Below are positions 47,719-58,615 of a DNA stretch of 64,000 nt, piece by piece. Source of the DNA: Entomortierella parvispora E1425. Lineage: Eukaryota; Fungi; Mortierellomycota. Location of the stretch: the NCBI GenBank assembly GCA_020891255.1, contig BQFW01000001.1, positions 2,232,001-2,296,000 on the forward strand. The letters are read 5' to 3'. Position 1 is the first letter of the stretch; each line of letters starts with the position of its first letter. The notes under the pieces are model-generated. The model did no database searches and was not told the origin of the DNA. It saw only the letters and a list, made by a program, of their open reading frames with translations. The translations under genes and the position numbers were made by a program.

Positions 47719-50700
47719 TCATTGCCCAGCTCTTCCGGTGTCTGAATTGTTCTCGAGCGTGGGTGGCATGGGTTCCGCAATGGCTTGGTCTTCGCCTGGG
47801 AGGTGATCCAGGAGCTGAGGAATCCGAGAATCTTCAAACAATCCATTCGTCCTCTCCTCTTCAGAGATAGCCACCCCGCCTTCTCCAGGAGGCGAGAATT
47901 TTGGGAATGTTGGAGGTAGATGCATCACCATTGGGGACATGGAGACGAACCGTTCCATGGGCGGTGCCATTGGAGGTACCGCTTCTCGGGACTCTTGCGA
48001 AGGGGAGGATGGAATGGACCATGGCGATGTCAGAGTCTCAGGCGGAGCAGTGACGGATACCATCGGCACAGGATCTGTAAGAGCCTGACCCATGACTGGT
48101 TGCTGTTGCGCTAAACCATCCACGGGCAGTCGTGTAGAGTCGTTGGACGGCAGATCATGATCGCCACCCGCTAACGTTCGCTTAGATTCCATTTGAGCAA
48201 GCTCAAGACTGGTCAAATGCCACTCTGGACTTCGAGGGACCTCTTCATCTTGAAGTCGTCTTCTGTTATAATCATACTGGAGATTGTTGAAGATGCGGTG
48301 AGTCCGATGCGCCACGGTAGGATCATCATCCTCATATACGGCATGCTGTCCTTGTTGGTAGGCGATATTGGTTTCCGCCAAGATTTCACGCAAGTCTGCC
48401 TCTTCTGTCCTTCGTCGGGTGATCAAGAGTGAATCAAGATCATTGCCATTCAACTGGTGCGAACCACCTGGCACTGCCGTTGAAGGTTCACTGAGAGCGA
48501 CTGTCGCCTCCGCATCAGCACCATCAAGATCGTTGGAAGGGGTGGGTAGAGTCACAATACGACTGAGGGAACTTTGCGCTGGCGGCTTTTTTGGACGCTT
48601 GGACACAGTCGAGTCCGATACTGAAGTGCCTTGCGACAACTCCAAAGTGGGGGCACTGCTTCCGCTCCGCACGCTTTCTGGCCGGAGTACTCGAAGACTA
48701 ATAGCTGGGAACTTGCTGTTGGCCCTCAGTTGTTGATTCATCCGAGCGGCGCGTTCGCGAATGATCTGCCGCTCTGTCTCGTTCGAAGTCACGCTCGAGT
48801 CTGTCAAGTCGCTCAACCACCGTTCATCCGTCTGAATCCCGGGGCCGCTTCCTGGTTCATTGTCACCATCGTGATGCTGTAGCGGGTGGAATGTGCGATT
48901 GTGATTTCGGCCTTGTAGCATGTGGCTTCGATCAAAGGCAGATCCGCCATCCTCTTCGGTTCCTCCGCTGGAAGGGCCATCGCTGGGATCACGTCTTGTG
49001 CTGATCGAACCTCGGCCCCCATTTATAGGTCGAGCAATCCAGTTGTCGTCTTTGATCTGTTGACCAATCTCAACCCAACGGTCCATAGTTTCTTGATCTG
49101 GCAGCTGGATTCTCCAGCACTCATTATGGATGGATATGACTCGAATGATGTAGTCCGTTTGGATGCCTTCCTCGATGCCCGCAAGACTGTCCTCAAAAGT
49201 TCGAGTGGCACCATCCATTTGACGCATGTCCAGTCCAAAGCTAAAAGCCATGTTTTTCACGTTGTTTATCACCTGTTGACTGGCCCGTCTACGAAGGGAG
49301 GGCCGGGCTTCTAGTGGCTCTGTGCCTGATGCCGTAGCTGCCAAAGACGATAGATGCACAGCGGTCGAATTCGAAGGTGTCTTTAAAGAATCCTGGATTG
49401 CTTGCGGTTCAGCTGCACCTTCTGTTGCTGTTGTCAAACGCCGTTCGGTCAACATTGACGAGGAATGAACAGCAGGGACAATTTGATGAGAGAACTGAAT
49501 TGTTCTAGCAGACTGATCTGATGAATTTCGAGCAAGCACTGCCGGAAGATGGCTGCGTGTAGGCTCCAAGTCGGCGGGTCTGATAGACTGTCCACGACTT
49601 GGAATTTCAGAAATCAGATCTTCAGTAGAAAAATATCCAGGTTCGATCGAATGCAGAATAAGACTGGACGATTTCTCTGTCTCAAGCTATAAACATATAA
49701 ACAGACATATTAGCAACGACAAGGTGAATGAACGGATAAGACTTTAGAAAGCTCCAATACTCACATCCACAATCACCAGGACCTTGGAGTACGGAACAAA
49801 GATTATTTTGGACATGCGCCACTGTGCCAAGACCTTCATGATATACCATCGCTGACGTTGAACTGGGACAACGACCGTGTACGAATCCATCTATGGAGGC
49901 AAGGGAAATAACCGGTTAGTATGGTTCTACAGCTTCAGCAAACTAACGTATGGCTCATTACTCTAGTTTCCCGTATTCCAGACTTCATCGAGCTGTGCCC
50001 TGTATTGGGATGGAGGGGGTATAATTTTGGGCTCCTGCTCATGGACCCAGCTACTGGTACTCCTGTGAGTGTTGCACTCCTTGTCCTTCCCGGCCCTAAA
50101 TGATCAAAGTCTCCAAAACTGCTTTTGCGAGAAAACATGTCCCTGTCTGGATCAGCCAGGAAATCCATGGCGCCGCCACTACCGGAATTCACGGTAAGCA
50201 TTCCACTGGTTCGACGGCCGTCAGTACGTTCACCTGCTGTGCGGTTGTTTGAGGAGGCCAGTAGGATCTCGTGTAGGTCAAGGGACTGGGCATCTCGGTT
50301 GCTACGCGCAGTGTTGAGTCGGTTTCCTCCGAATATACCATACCCTCCGTTTTTTGCCTGAGAGTTCTCTCCTTGATTGCCATCCACAATTGAAGTGCTA
50401 CCGCCAGCAGAAAGGGAGGGTCGCTTGGACAATGGATGTGTCGGATCTGACAAGTCCAAAGAATCAATGTTGCTTTCCTGAGCCCCCATCGTCTTTCGAC
50501 ATCGATTGGATAAATTGGAATGCCCGTAGATCGTAGGTCGGTGAACAGGTGAAGTGAGTGAACTCGATCCAACGTCATTGTTGATCTGACCGAAGGGATA
50601 AGATGACACCAGATCAGAGATGTTCATGTTGGGCTGAGCGTCGGAAATGTCGCTTGAACGTCGTTCGGAGACCACGCCTGCCGTGGATCCATGACGCTTC

Positions 50701-52887
50701 TCCCTCTCGCCAGCCATATAATCCTGTACAGCCTCATCCGCATGCGAGGCATTGCTCACTCTGCCACGTCGCCCAGCATTGGCATTGATTCCTCCATGGA
50801 CACTATCCATCATGTCGCCATCGCGCCCGGCACGCACATGAAGACCACGTTTCTGGAGCCAAAGATTCCGGAGCTTAGGAACAAAGAGGATACAGTACTC
50901 CAGGAAACTGGCCGCAAAGATACAGACCACTGTGACGTGATATGAAACTTGGTATAAACTCTGCGGGAATGTCTGCACGATGACGATGATGATAATGAAG
51001 AATGTCACGACGCTAATATACACAGCAAGGTTAAAAAGTTAGCTATAATAGTTGCGACTCGACTCTTGGGCTGTGGATGCAGGGTTGAAGGGGTTGAGCT
51101 TACTAGATAGTTGTTGCAATGGCTCGGGCCTCATTCCACAGGCGGGTCACATTTCGAGTCTTGAAGGCGAGATAAACGCCAAAGAAGGTCAATATAACGG
51201 GTGTAGCGCCAATGACGACATCCCAGACATATTGGGGGTCGTCTGAAGAACATTGAACCCAAAATTGATCGTTGTTGGTCCGAATCAGATCTGGCTCAAG
51301 ATAATGGACGAAGCAATGAACGATGCAGGGAATCTAGTTGCCGAGGTTGAAAAAACATAAGTAAATGATGCAGACTGTCATACCGCGCTTCATTTCGAGT
51401 CTAGGTCAGGGCATCAACAACGTCGAATACATACCAAAGTGATTACGACTGGAACCGCCACCACGCGCAAGAGATACTTGTTGGAGACCGCGTGGTTAAT
51501 GATACTAACGCTGTTGAAGATGCGATAGATTCGGTAGTTCTTGACAACTAGCGCCGACAGATTGATTGTCAGCCCGATCATCACCACCATCAGACCAATC
51601 CTGCAAATGCCAGGGGGTGGGACGTCTGCTCTCAGATATATCCATGACAGCGTCAGTGACAATCCAATCAACTCCAGCACACAGAACAGGGGACTAGATA
51701 TAAAGCAGAATTGGTGTCAGCTTAGATCGTGCCATCCATCCACACATTGCTCTTTTGAACCGGAGAGTCTTTTTATGAAACGAAGTACACGGGTACGGTT
51801 TCTGTTACCTGGCAGACTTGATGATAATATTGTCACGATTCACGATCACAATGACGGCGGTTGAAATGATGGCCAAAAAGAGAATGGACGTCAATACGAT
51901 CATTGTCACCCCAAACGGAGAACTGCTCTGAGGGTACAATTCTGGAGTAAGGAATCAAATTTGCTGAATTAATATCAGAGTGCAAGTAACCCCTGTCCAT
52001 CCCACATCCAGGCGAGTGGCTACTCTTAGAATCCTTACCATCCGCAGAAGGGGAATCTCTAGGTATATGAGTGCTGCCACCTTTGAACTGAACAGGGTTG
52101 AATATACTGACAGTTTCGTTATCAACCTTGCCGTTGGGGACGCTGCTGTGATTTTGGAAACTAAAGATGCCCACTTGACTGATACACAGAAGGACGGTGT
52201 AAGCCTCGTTGCCTGTCAGTGACAAAAAAAAAAGAGTTGATATCGCACTTACACTTTTGCCGGATTGCCATCTTTATCGAGAGTAAAGTTGCCAGTCGGC
52301 GAGTTGTACGTTCTTGCTCCCAAAAATGGGATGGTCAAATTCTGGCTTCGTCTCCCATGCCGAATTTCTCTCAGCCGCATCAGCCTTTCAGTCTCGTTCG
52401 TAATTTTGTTTGCGTTTTGAACAAGCTATCACAGAGTCTCTGTTAATATCCATTACAATACCAATGGTCCTTCCTCATCATCCATAGAGATTCAAAGGAC
52501 ATACCACTGCGTATCCCTCTACCATGACCTGCAAGCATGTGTATGCAAATGTCTCGTGCCATGTTAGTTGAGTTGAGCCCGATGAAGGATATCTATTAAT
52601 CGGGTAGGTGTTAGGAGCTGTAACCTTCCTCGTAACTGGAGACGCCAAGACAAAATTCTCTTAAGACTTACTGTTCTGGATTCAAGCTAATCCATTCTGT
52701 GATAAAATTGTCATAGGCTGGGTTGCCAGGTATCTCCCACATAACATCAGCCATGATAAGGCCGTTGAAGTCAGATGGGTTGTTCAAAAGAGCAATTGAG
52801 TCCGACAGGTCGATAGGGGTAAGCCAAACGTGGTTCTTTTGGAAAAGCCCGGCATTTCTGCATGGTTGCAACAGCAACAACAACAAC

Positions 52888-52930
<43 letters not shown>

Positions 52931-54332
52931 ACAAAAAAAAGAGGAAGAAGGAGATTAATTACACATACGGTTCTAACTCATACCCAAGAGATTTGAATCC
53001 TCATACCTAATTGTATTCAGGATTGCGACTTGTTCGGGTCTGCTAGAAACCAGGATATGGATGCGAGTGTCCGAGTACTGGATCGTTCTTAGGGCTGACT
53101 GTGTACTTTGAATCATCATATCGAGCGTATCATGGCCATGGTCATCTGGCAATTGGATTTCAACCTTGAGGAGGTCGATGTTCTTGTCTTCGCATATTTT
53201 GGCAATCAATTTTTCACCTAGAGTTGATACGCAGAGCACTCCTACACGTTAAACTGCTGCGAAATAGACAAGAGGCATGGAACAACATAGCGGCTCTGTG
53301 TACCTAAAATCCCTGTTACATCCGACGTGTGGAGCACAGATATCCTCTTCCAACCATAGTGGTCGACAACGTAGGCCAGCGATTGCACAAAAGACAGTAC
53401 TGTAGGAGCCGTTCGAAACAAGTATGGGAAATCACCCAAGTATTCCATATGTAAGTTGTCTATCACCCGACAATTGGACAGTTAGTATCATGCCTAGGAC
53501 TTCCTCAGTAACGGGTTCAACCCACAAAAACACACTAGCAACTTACATGAAGAGAATGCGCACTGCGGCACACCGACACTCGATGTCATGAGTGCTTCGG
53601 CCGCGGTGAGATCTGAAGACACATCTCCTATAACGCCAGCAACATCCATGCTCAGCAAACGAGTCGTTGCAGTGATCGCGGACGCGCCCCCAGAGACATT
53701 GGTATGGGGTATGGGGCGCTGGCTGTCTCGAAGAACCAGAGAAACATTCATGCCTATTAACCGATTCAAGTCGTTAGAAAGGAGGTATTAAATGGTGCGC
53801 CATCGCTTTACACTGGCAGACTTACCTGGTATAACTTGTTGGTTGTTCATATCTCTGACAGCCATACGAAGAACCTAACGGATTCCTCAACACAACAAAG
53901 TTAGCAGGGCCAACCTACACACAAAGAGCGGGCGTCTTCTCCTTGACTTACCGACAAGTTGATCCTAGACATCGTCGTTGTGTAGGCCTTGCCTTTCACT
54001 GGTGTGAATGGCATCAGAACGCCGATTTTGAGTGTGCCGGGTTCACCTCGCCAAGTCTCGTTGAACTCCTGGTCAGTCAGCCCAGGGGCCCTCCATGGAG
54101 GATCATAAATAATCGCTCTATATGGGTCTGAGTCATCAAGGTCGTTTCGAAATCCCAGAGCCAGAACGGAGGGCGGGCTCTTTCGGACCGTTGAGGAAAT
54201 GTCGGTCACATTGCTGGTGCTGTGTGGATCTACTACCACTCCATGGCAGACAACTTGACTGAGAAGAACGGCAAAGGCCAAGAGAAATGTTGTCGTGGCT
54301 GAAAAGCGAGACAGCTTAGAGCGACCAGACAT
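47719..54332 (-). CDS. Class C (GABA-B/glutamate-like) GPCR: signal peptide, Venus-flytrap (ANF receptor) ectodomain, 7TM, long cytoplasmic tail
   Basis: Signal MSGRSKLSRFSATTTFLLAFAVLLSQVVCHG. VFT motifs LKIGVLMPF, VAGVIGDVSSDLT, FPYLFRTAP, HYGWKRISVL, YNSPTGNFTLDKDGNP. 7TM motifs NRDNIIIKSAS, LVVKNYRIYRIF, YLAFKTRNVTRLWNEARAI, LFVPKL. More than a dozen exons. Confidence 0.88.
52872..52932. repeat. (AAC)n-(AC)n microsatellite in a GPCR intron
   Basis: caacaacaac followed by a long acacac run. Confidence 0.9.
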
Positions 54333-56433
54333 GAAGCGAGCACCTGGCTTTGCTGTGGAGGAATGATCAGTGTAAGAGGTTGCCTCTACCCATATCCGGG
54401 CTGCAGGCACGCCCGACAGCTGCATAAAATTCTAGCTGGGCTGGCGACGTGATGAATCTGAAGAAGGGGAAGGAGGTGGAAGAGGATAAAAGAAAAAAAA
54501 TGAGCCCTTTCTTTCCTTGTTTGTTTGTTACGATAGTTGCAGCCCAGCCTGTTCTCCTTTGGACGCGTTGTTTGAGCCAGAAATAGCGTGGCGCAATGAA
54601 CGTCCCTAGGGAGATGTATGTGTATACTTACACACAGCACTCTACGAGGCAGGGGGGAGGGCGAAGATGGCAGGGCAGAGTTGCAAAATGATGCAACTAC
54701 AGACCAACCAAGAACCAAGACTGACAGATCAGGTCAGAACGACAGGCTGGCGGTGGCGGGAGGGCTCGTTTGACGGTGTAGGTCTGGGTCTGGGGAAAGA
54801 GAATGCTCTCGCAGGGGAAGGAGAGTCGAGGCAGCCCGGGAACAGGGACGGAAACAAGAGCGGAGAGATGCAAGAGGAAGCAAGGAGAATGAGGGATGAA
54901 TGGAGGTGAATGAGGGGATGAGGCGAATGGTCAAAAGGGAATGCGCCTTCTTTCTTGTCTGCCATCCATCCATCGTCGCTTTGCGGCACTGAAACCGCCC
55001 GCTTCCACTGACTGGACGGGTCGAGATACTGGGCTTTTTCTGTTCTCGCCCTTCCCTTCCGCCCCACACCCCCTCCTCCCCTTCTTGCTCTTTTCCTTGG
55101 AGCCATTCTCATGACCTGGCTGCACGGATGTAAAGCCGACCGGGCTGCCGATGGTCATCCGCAGGGGTCCTCTGGTCTCTGGCTGTGGGGGACAGCAGAC
55201 GTGCCTAACTGGTCCGTGGATGACATTCCCAAAGCGAGTCTCTTCTTAAATCTGGTTGATCTTTGGATTCCAGCTTTATTGGATGACAACGGACGTCCAC
55301 CTTCTGTTGCTCCTGACCTGGTTGGTCAGTTTGTAGATCCTGAATGTGCCATATCCATCTAACCTGTCCATCTGTAGTCATTTATTTAAAATAAAAAAAA
55401 AGTTCTCTGCCTTCAGTGTTATCAGTGTTATCCCGTCAAGGTATTTGTAGGGTGGTCATTGAGCATCTGGATGGTCGATTCCTGGACGAATCAACCCGAA
55501 GGAGGAAATCTTTTGTCTGTTTCCCCACAGCGCTTTTCTTCAATTGTCAATTGGGGCGATTACAATGAGATCATTGTCAAATACGTGTTATTGGTCAAAT
55601 ACCATCTTCTGTCAAATACGAGTACCCCCCATCAGTAAAATAATCAACAGCGGCATCTTTTCTCTTGTTACCAGGTTTACCAGGTAAAGTCGACAACCAT
55701 GCTCCATGTTGGAATCCGTTGGAGAGGAATGTAATGTGATGCAGCCGTTGAACAGACATGCAATGCTTGCTTTGGAATGGAGGTGACAATGAAACATGGT
55801 CCAAGAATACGCACCCCGACATCAAAGAGACTGGCTGATGTGAAAGGTGACTACGAATGGAATGAACTACGAGAGAGGCGATGAGTAATGCAGAGAGAGG
55901 GAAGGGGACTGAAAGAACCAAACATGCAGCATGCACAGCGAATGAACAAAACAAACCGCCCCCCTCGCCCGGGGTCCAAGCGCGTCTAGAAAAGGCTTTG
56001 ACAGACCCCCACAGAGTCTGCATTCCATAAAAGGGGCTCAAAGCGGAGGACCACTCGCTTCTGCCCGTCAGCAAGACCACTGAGAAAATAAACGCGACAA
56101 CTCCAGGTAGGGAATGGATGGTACTGTACTTACGAGTGTCAACTCGGAGCACCATCAAAGAAGAGATGCCGTCAGGAAAGCCAGATGCACTTGTCTGGAC
56201 TGTCTGACGGGATAAAAAAAGAAAGGGGTGAGGGCCTCTCTCTTGATCTTTACTGCAGGCATGCTCACAGCGCAACAGCGAACGCCCGCGCCATCCCCCC
56301 TGGATGATCCCCCTTGATCTGCTCTTCCTTCTGCTGTTGACGGAAGGTTCTGTTTGATTTGCACTCTTTCCCATCTTATACTCTTGTCCACTTTACCCAC
56401 CACCACCACCACTCTTAGTTCCCGTACTCCACA

Positions 56434-58173
56434 ATGAAACTTCAATACTTTCTTGTCCTGGTTGTCCTTTTGGGCTTCTCAGCCGCAGCCCCAACGTAAG
56501 GCGATGATAATCCAACAGCACCAGCTGTCTGCGGCGGCTGGTACCATATAGAAACACACCTTTGCCACGTGGATCCCATCACAGCTTGAGTAGCTTACGA
56601 TTCCCCTCTCTCTCTATCATTAGGAGGTAAACTGATGGCCGCTGCTTGTTCTTGGGACAAAGGCCAGAGGCTTGGTGAAATCATGGCTAATCTAGCAACC
56701 TGTCTCCCTCCTTTGGTCTTTTCTTCTTGTCCTCAGCGAGTAAGTCACATCTACAACCTGTCCTCCACATCACATAACGGCGGCCGTGAGATTGGAACTA
56801 ACGTAATGTGCCCCTCTGGTGTTTCCTCCAATAGGGACGTGGAGTATGTATTATCCAGGTCTTCTTCTACGGCAATGACACGGCACTTGGGAGACTGTAA
56901 CTAATACGGTTGTTTACCTTTCACTGTTGATGTTTCCTTTCCACAGTGCCAACGAGTAAGTTTAGTCGAGTGTCGTATTTTCAACTCTCAGGAATGAAGA
57001 CAAAGCACTCGAGACACGGTGATGAATGCAGTCTGACTGACTTGTTTTTCTCTTGGTATTTCTATTTCTCTACATCAGCTAGTAAGTCGAGTCGTCTTGC
57101 TCCTAAGGACATGGACGTTGGCTGCCATGTGATCATGATTAACTCAGTTGCCTGTCCTTCTTTTTCACTTTCTTTCTATTGTAGCGAGTAAGATGAATCG
57201 AGCTCTCCAATTGAAAGGAAACATAGGGTTCTCCAGATGTTATCTAACAGGACAAATGATCTATTCTTCTTGGCAATTGTCATTGACGGTTGCAGTATGT
57301 AAGTTGGATCTGCCTCTCAAGGTCGTAGGCACACTTGTAAACATGAAACTAATTCTGATTACTCTGGGGGTTTCTCTTGATATTTCTCGTTCGCTCAACC
57401 AGGACGTAAGCGGATTCTATCTCACATCTCCCGAACAAAGATGTGTCATTGTAGGGTCGCAATTAACATGGATTCTATGATTTTTCTCTATCTCTCGGCG
57501 TTTCATTTCCGTTTTCCAGTGGGTAAGTTGAAAGTAGTATGGGCTTTCAAAGATAAAGACACAATTGCGCGACCATACCTGATCTGATTGAACCTTTTCA
57601 TTTCCTTGACATCTCCATTCCATGGTATCAGCATGTAAGTTGGATAGATCGGCCTTTCCAGCATGACACGACAGTCGCGAAGCAGTAGCTAACACGGTCT
57701 CTTCGTCCTTCTTGATATTGTTCTTCCATGTCAACAGGTAGTAAGTTGGATTTGAGTAGAACTCTCAAGGACAAAGGCAGACAATCGCTAAATCGTAACT
57801 AATGGGGCTGCATGACTTTTTTTTTCACTTTTGTTCCCATTCTACGGCAACAGCTAGTAAGTGCTATGATCTGATTGTTGCAAGACAAAGACCCCGCTAG
57901 CCGTGATGTCGTAACTAACGTTGCCGGGTAACCTTCCTCTTGGTCACTTAAACAGCGGGTAGGATGAAATGACCTCTTTTTTTCAGGGACAGGGTAACCG
58001 TGGAACCGAAGCTAACACACTTGAATCATGTTTTTTCTTGGAATTTCAACTCTAACTGAACAGCATGTATGTTGAATCGTACTCCGGACCCGAAAAGGAT
58101 TGTATTGTTGTAAAATCTCTACTGACGATGGCATTCTTTTCACTTTTTTTTTTCTTGCCGTGCAACTAGCTAA
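56434..58173 (+). CDS. Micro-exon gene encoding a 39-aa secreted peptide precursor MKLQYFLVLVVLLGFSAAAPTSEDVDANDYDMTGMYYGI
   Basis: Exons: 56434-56495 (signal peptide, ends AC), 56624-6 GAG, 56737-9 CGA, 56835-43 GGACGTGGA, 56947-55 TGCCAACGA, 57079-81 CTA, 57185-7 CGA, 57296-8 TAT, 57403-5 GAC, 57520-2 TGG, 57632-4 CAT, 57738-40 GTA, 57854-6 CTA, 57956-8 CGG, 58064-6 CAT, 58170- CTAATAG. Each internal exon is flanked by YAG and GTAAGT/GTATGT-like sites. The spliced CDS is 120 nt and ends in TAA TAG. Confidence 0.88.
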
Positions 58174-58615
58174 TAGGGTAAGAGTCTGCCCCCACGTATG
58201 GGGTCAGTCTGCTGCGGACATAGAGCACTGTCGAATATGTCGTACTCATCTTACTATCACATTGTATGGGCCTTTCAAGTCGGATAGCCACACCAAGCCC
58301 GCTAGCGCCCAAATCCATTGTCAGACGTCTTTCGTGATCAATGGATTGTTTCAAGAACCAAGCACTCCCTAAAAATCGACGCCGTATAGTTTTGGAATAT
58401 TTTGGAAAAATCTACAAGCAGATAAACCCTTCATGTTCGCAGACAGCAAGTGCTCTGAAATAGTTTTGACTGATATATGAAATGGTGGATTCCAGGTTTA
58501 TTGTGCACCAAAGTTCTATGTACACTTGCGGACAACATGTCTGCATGTCTGGTGCCTGATATGGGAGAGAACGATACTGCTCAATTGCGCGAGAAAGGAT
58601 CTTTCAAATGTCTAT

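Noticed and set aside
56585-56589. Alternative micro-exon CTTGA after the CACAG at 56584
   Set aside because: 5 nt would break the frame, the donor (GTAGCT) is weak, and the intron to the next exon would be only 34 bp.
36256-58173. Ustiloxin-like RiPP cluster made of the GST plus the peptide gene
   Set aside because: They are 20 kb apart with unrelated genes between, no DUF3328, tyrosinase or transporter genes are present, and the precursor has no KR-delimited repeats.
56400-58200. CRISPR-like or tandem-repeat interpretation of the periodic array
   Set aside because: The units share only splice-signal motifs, not a repeated sequence, and the DNA is eukaryotic.
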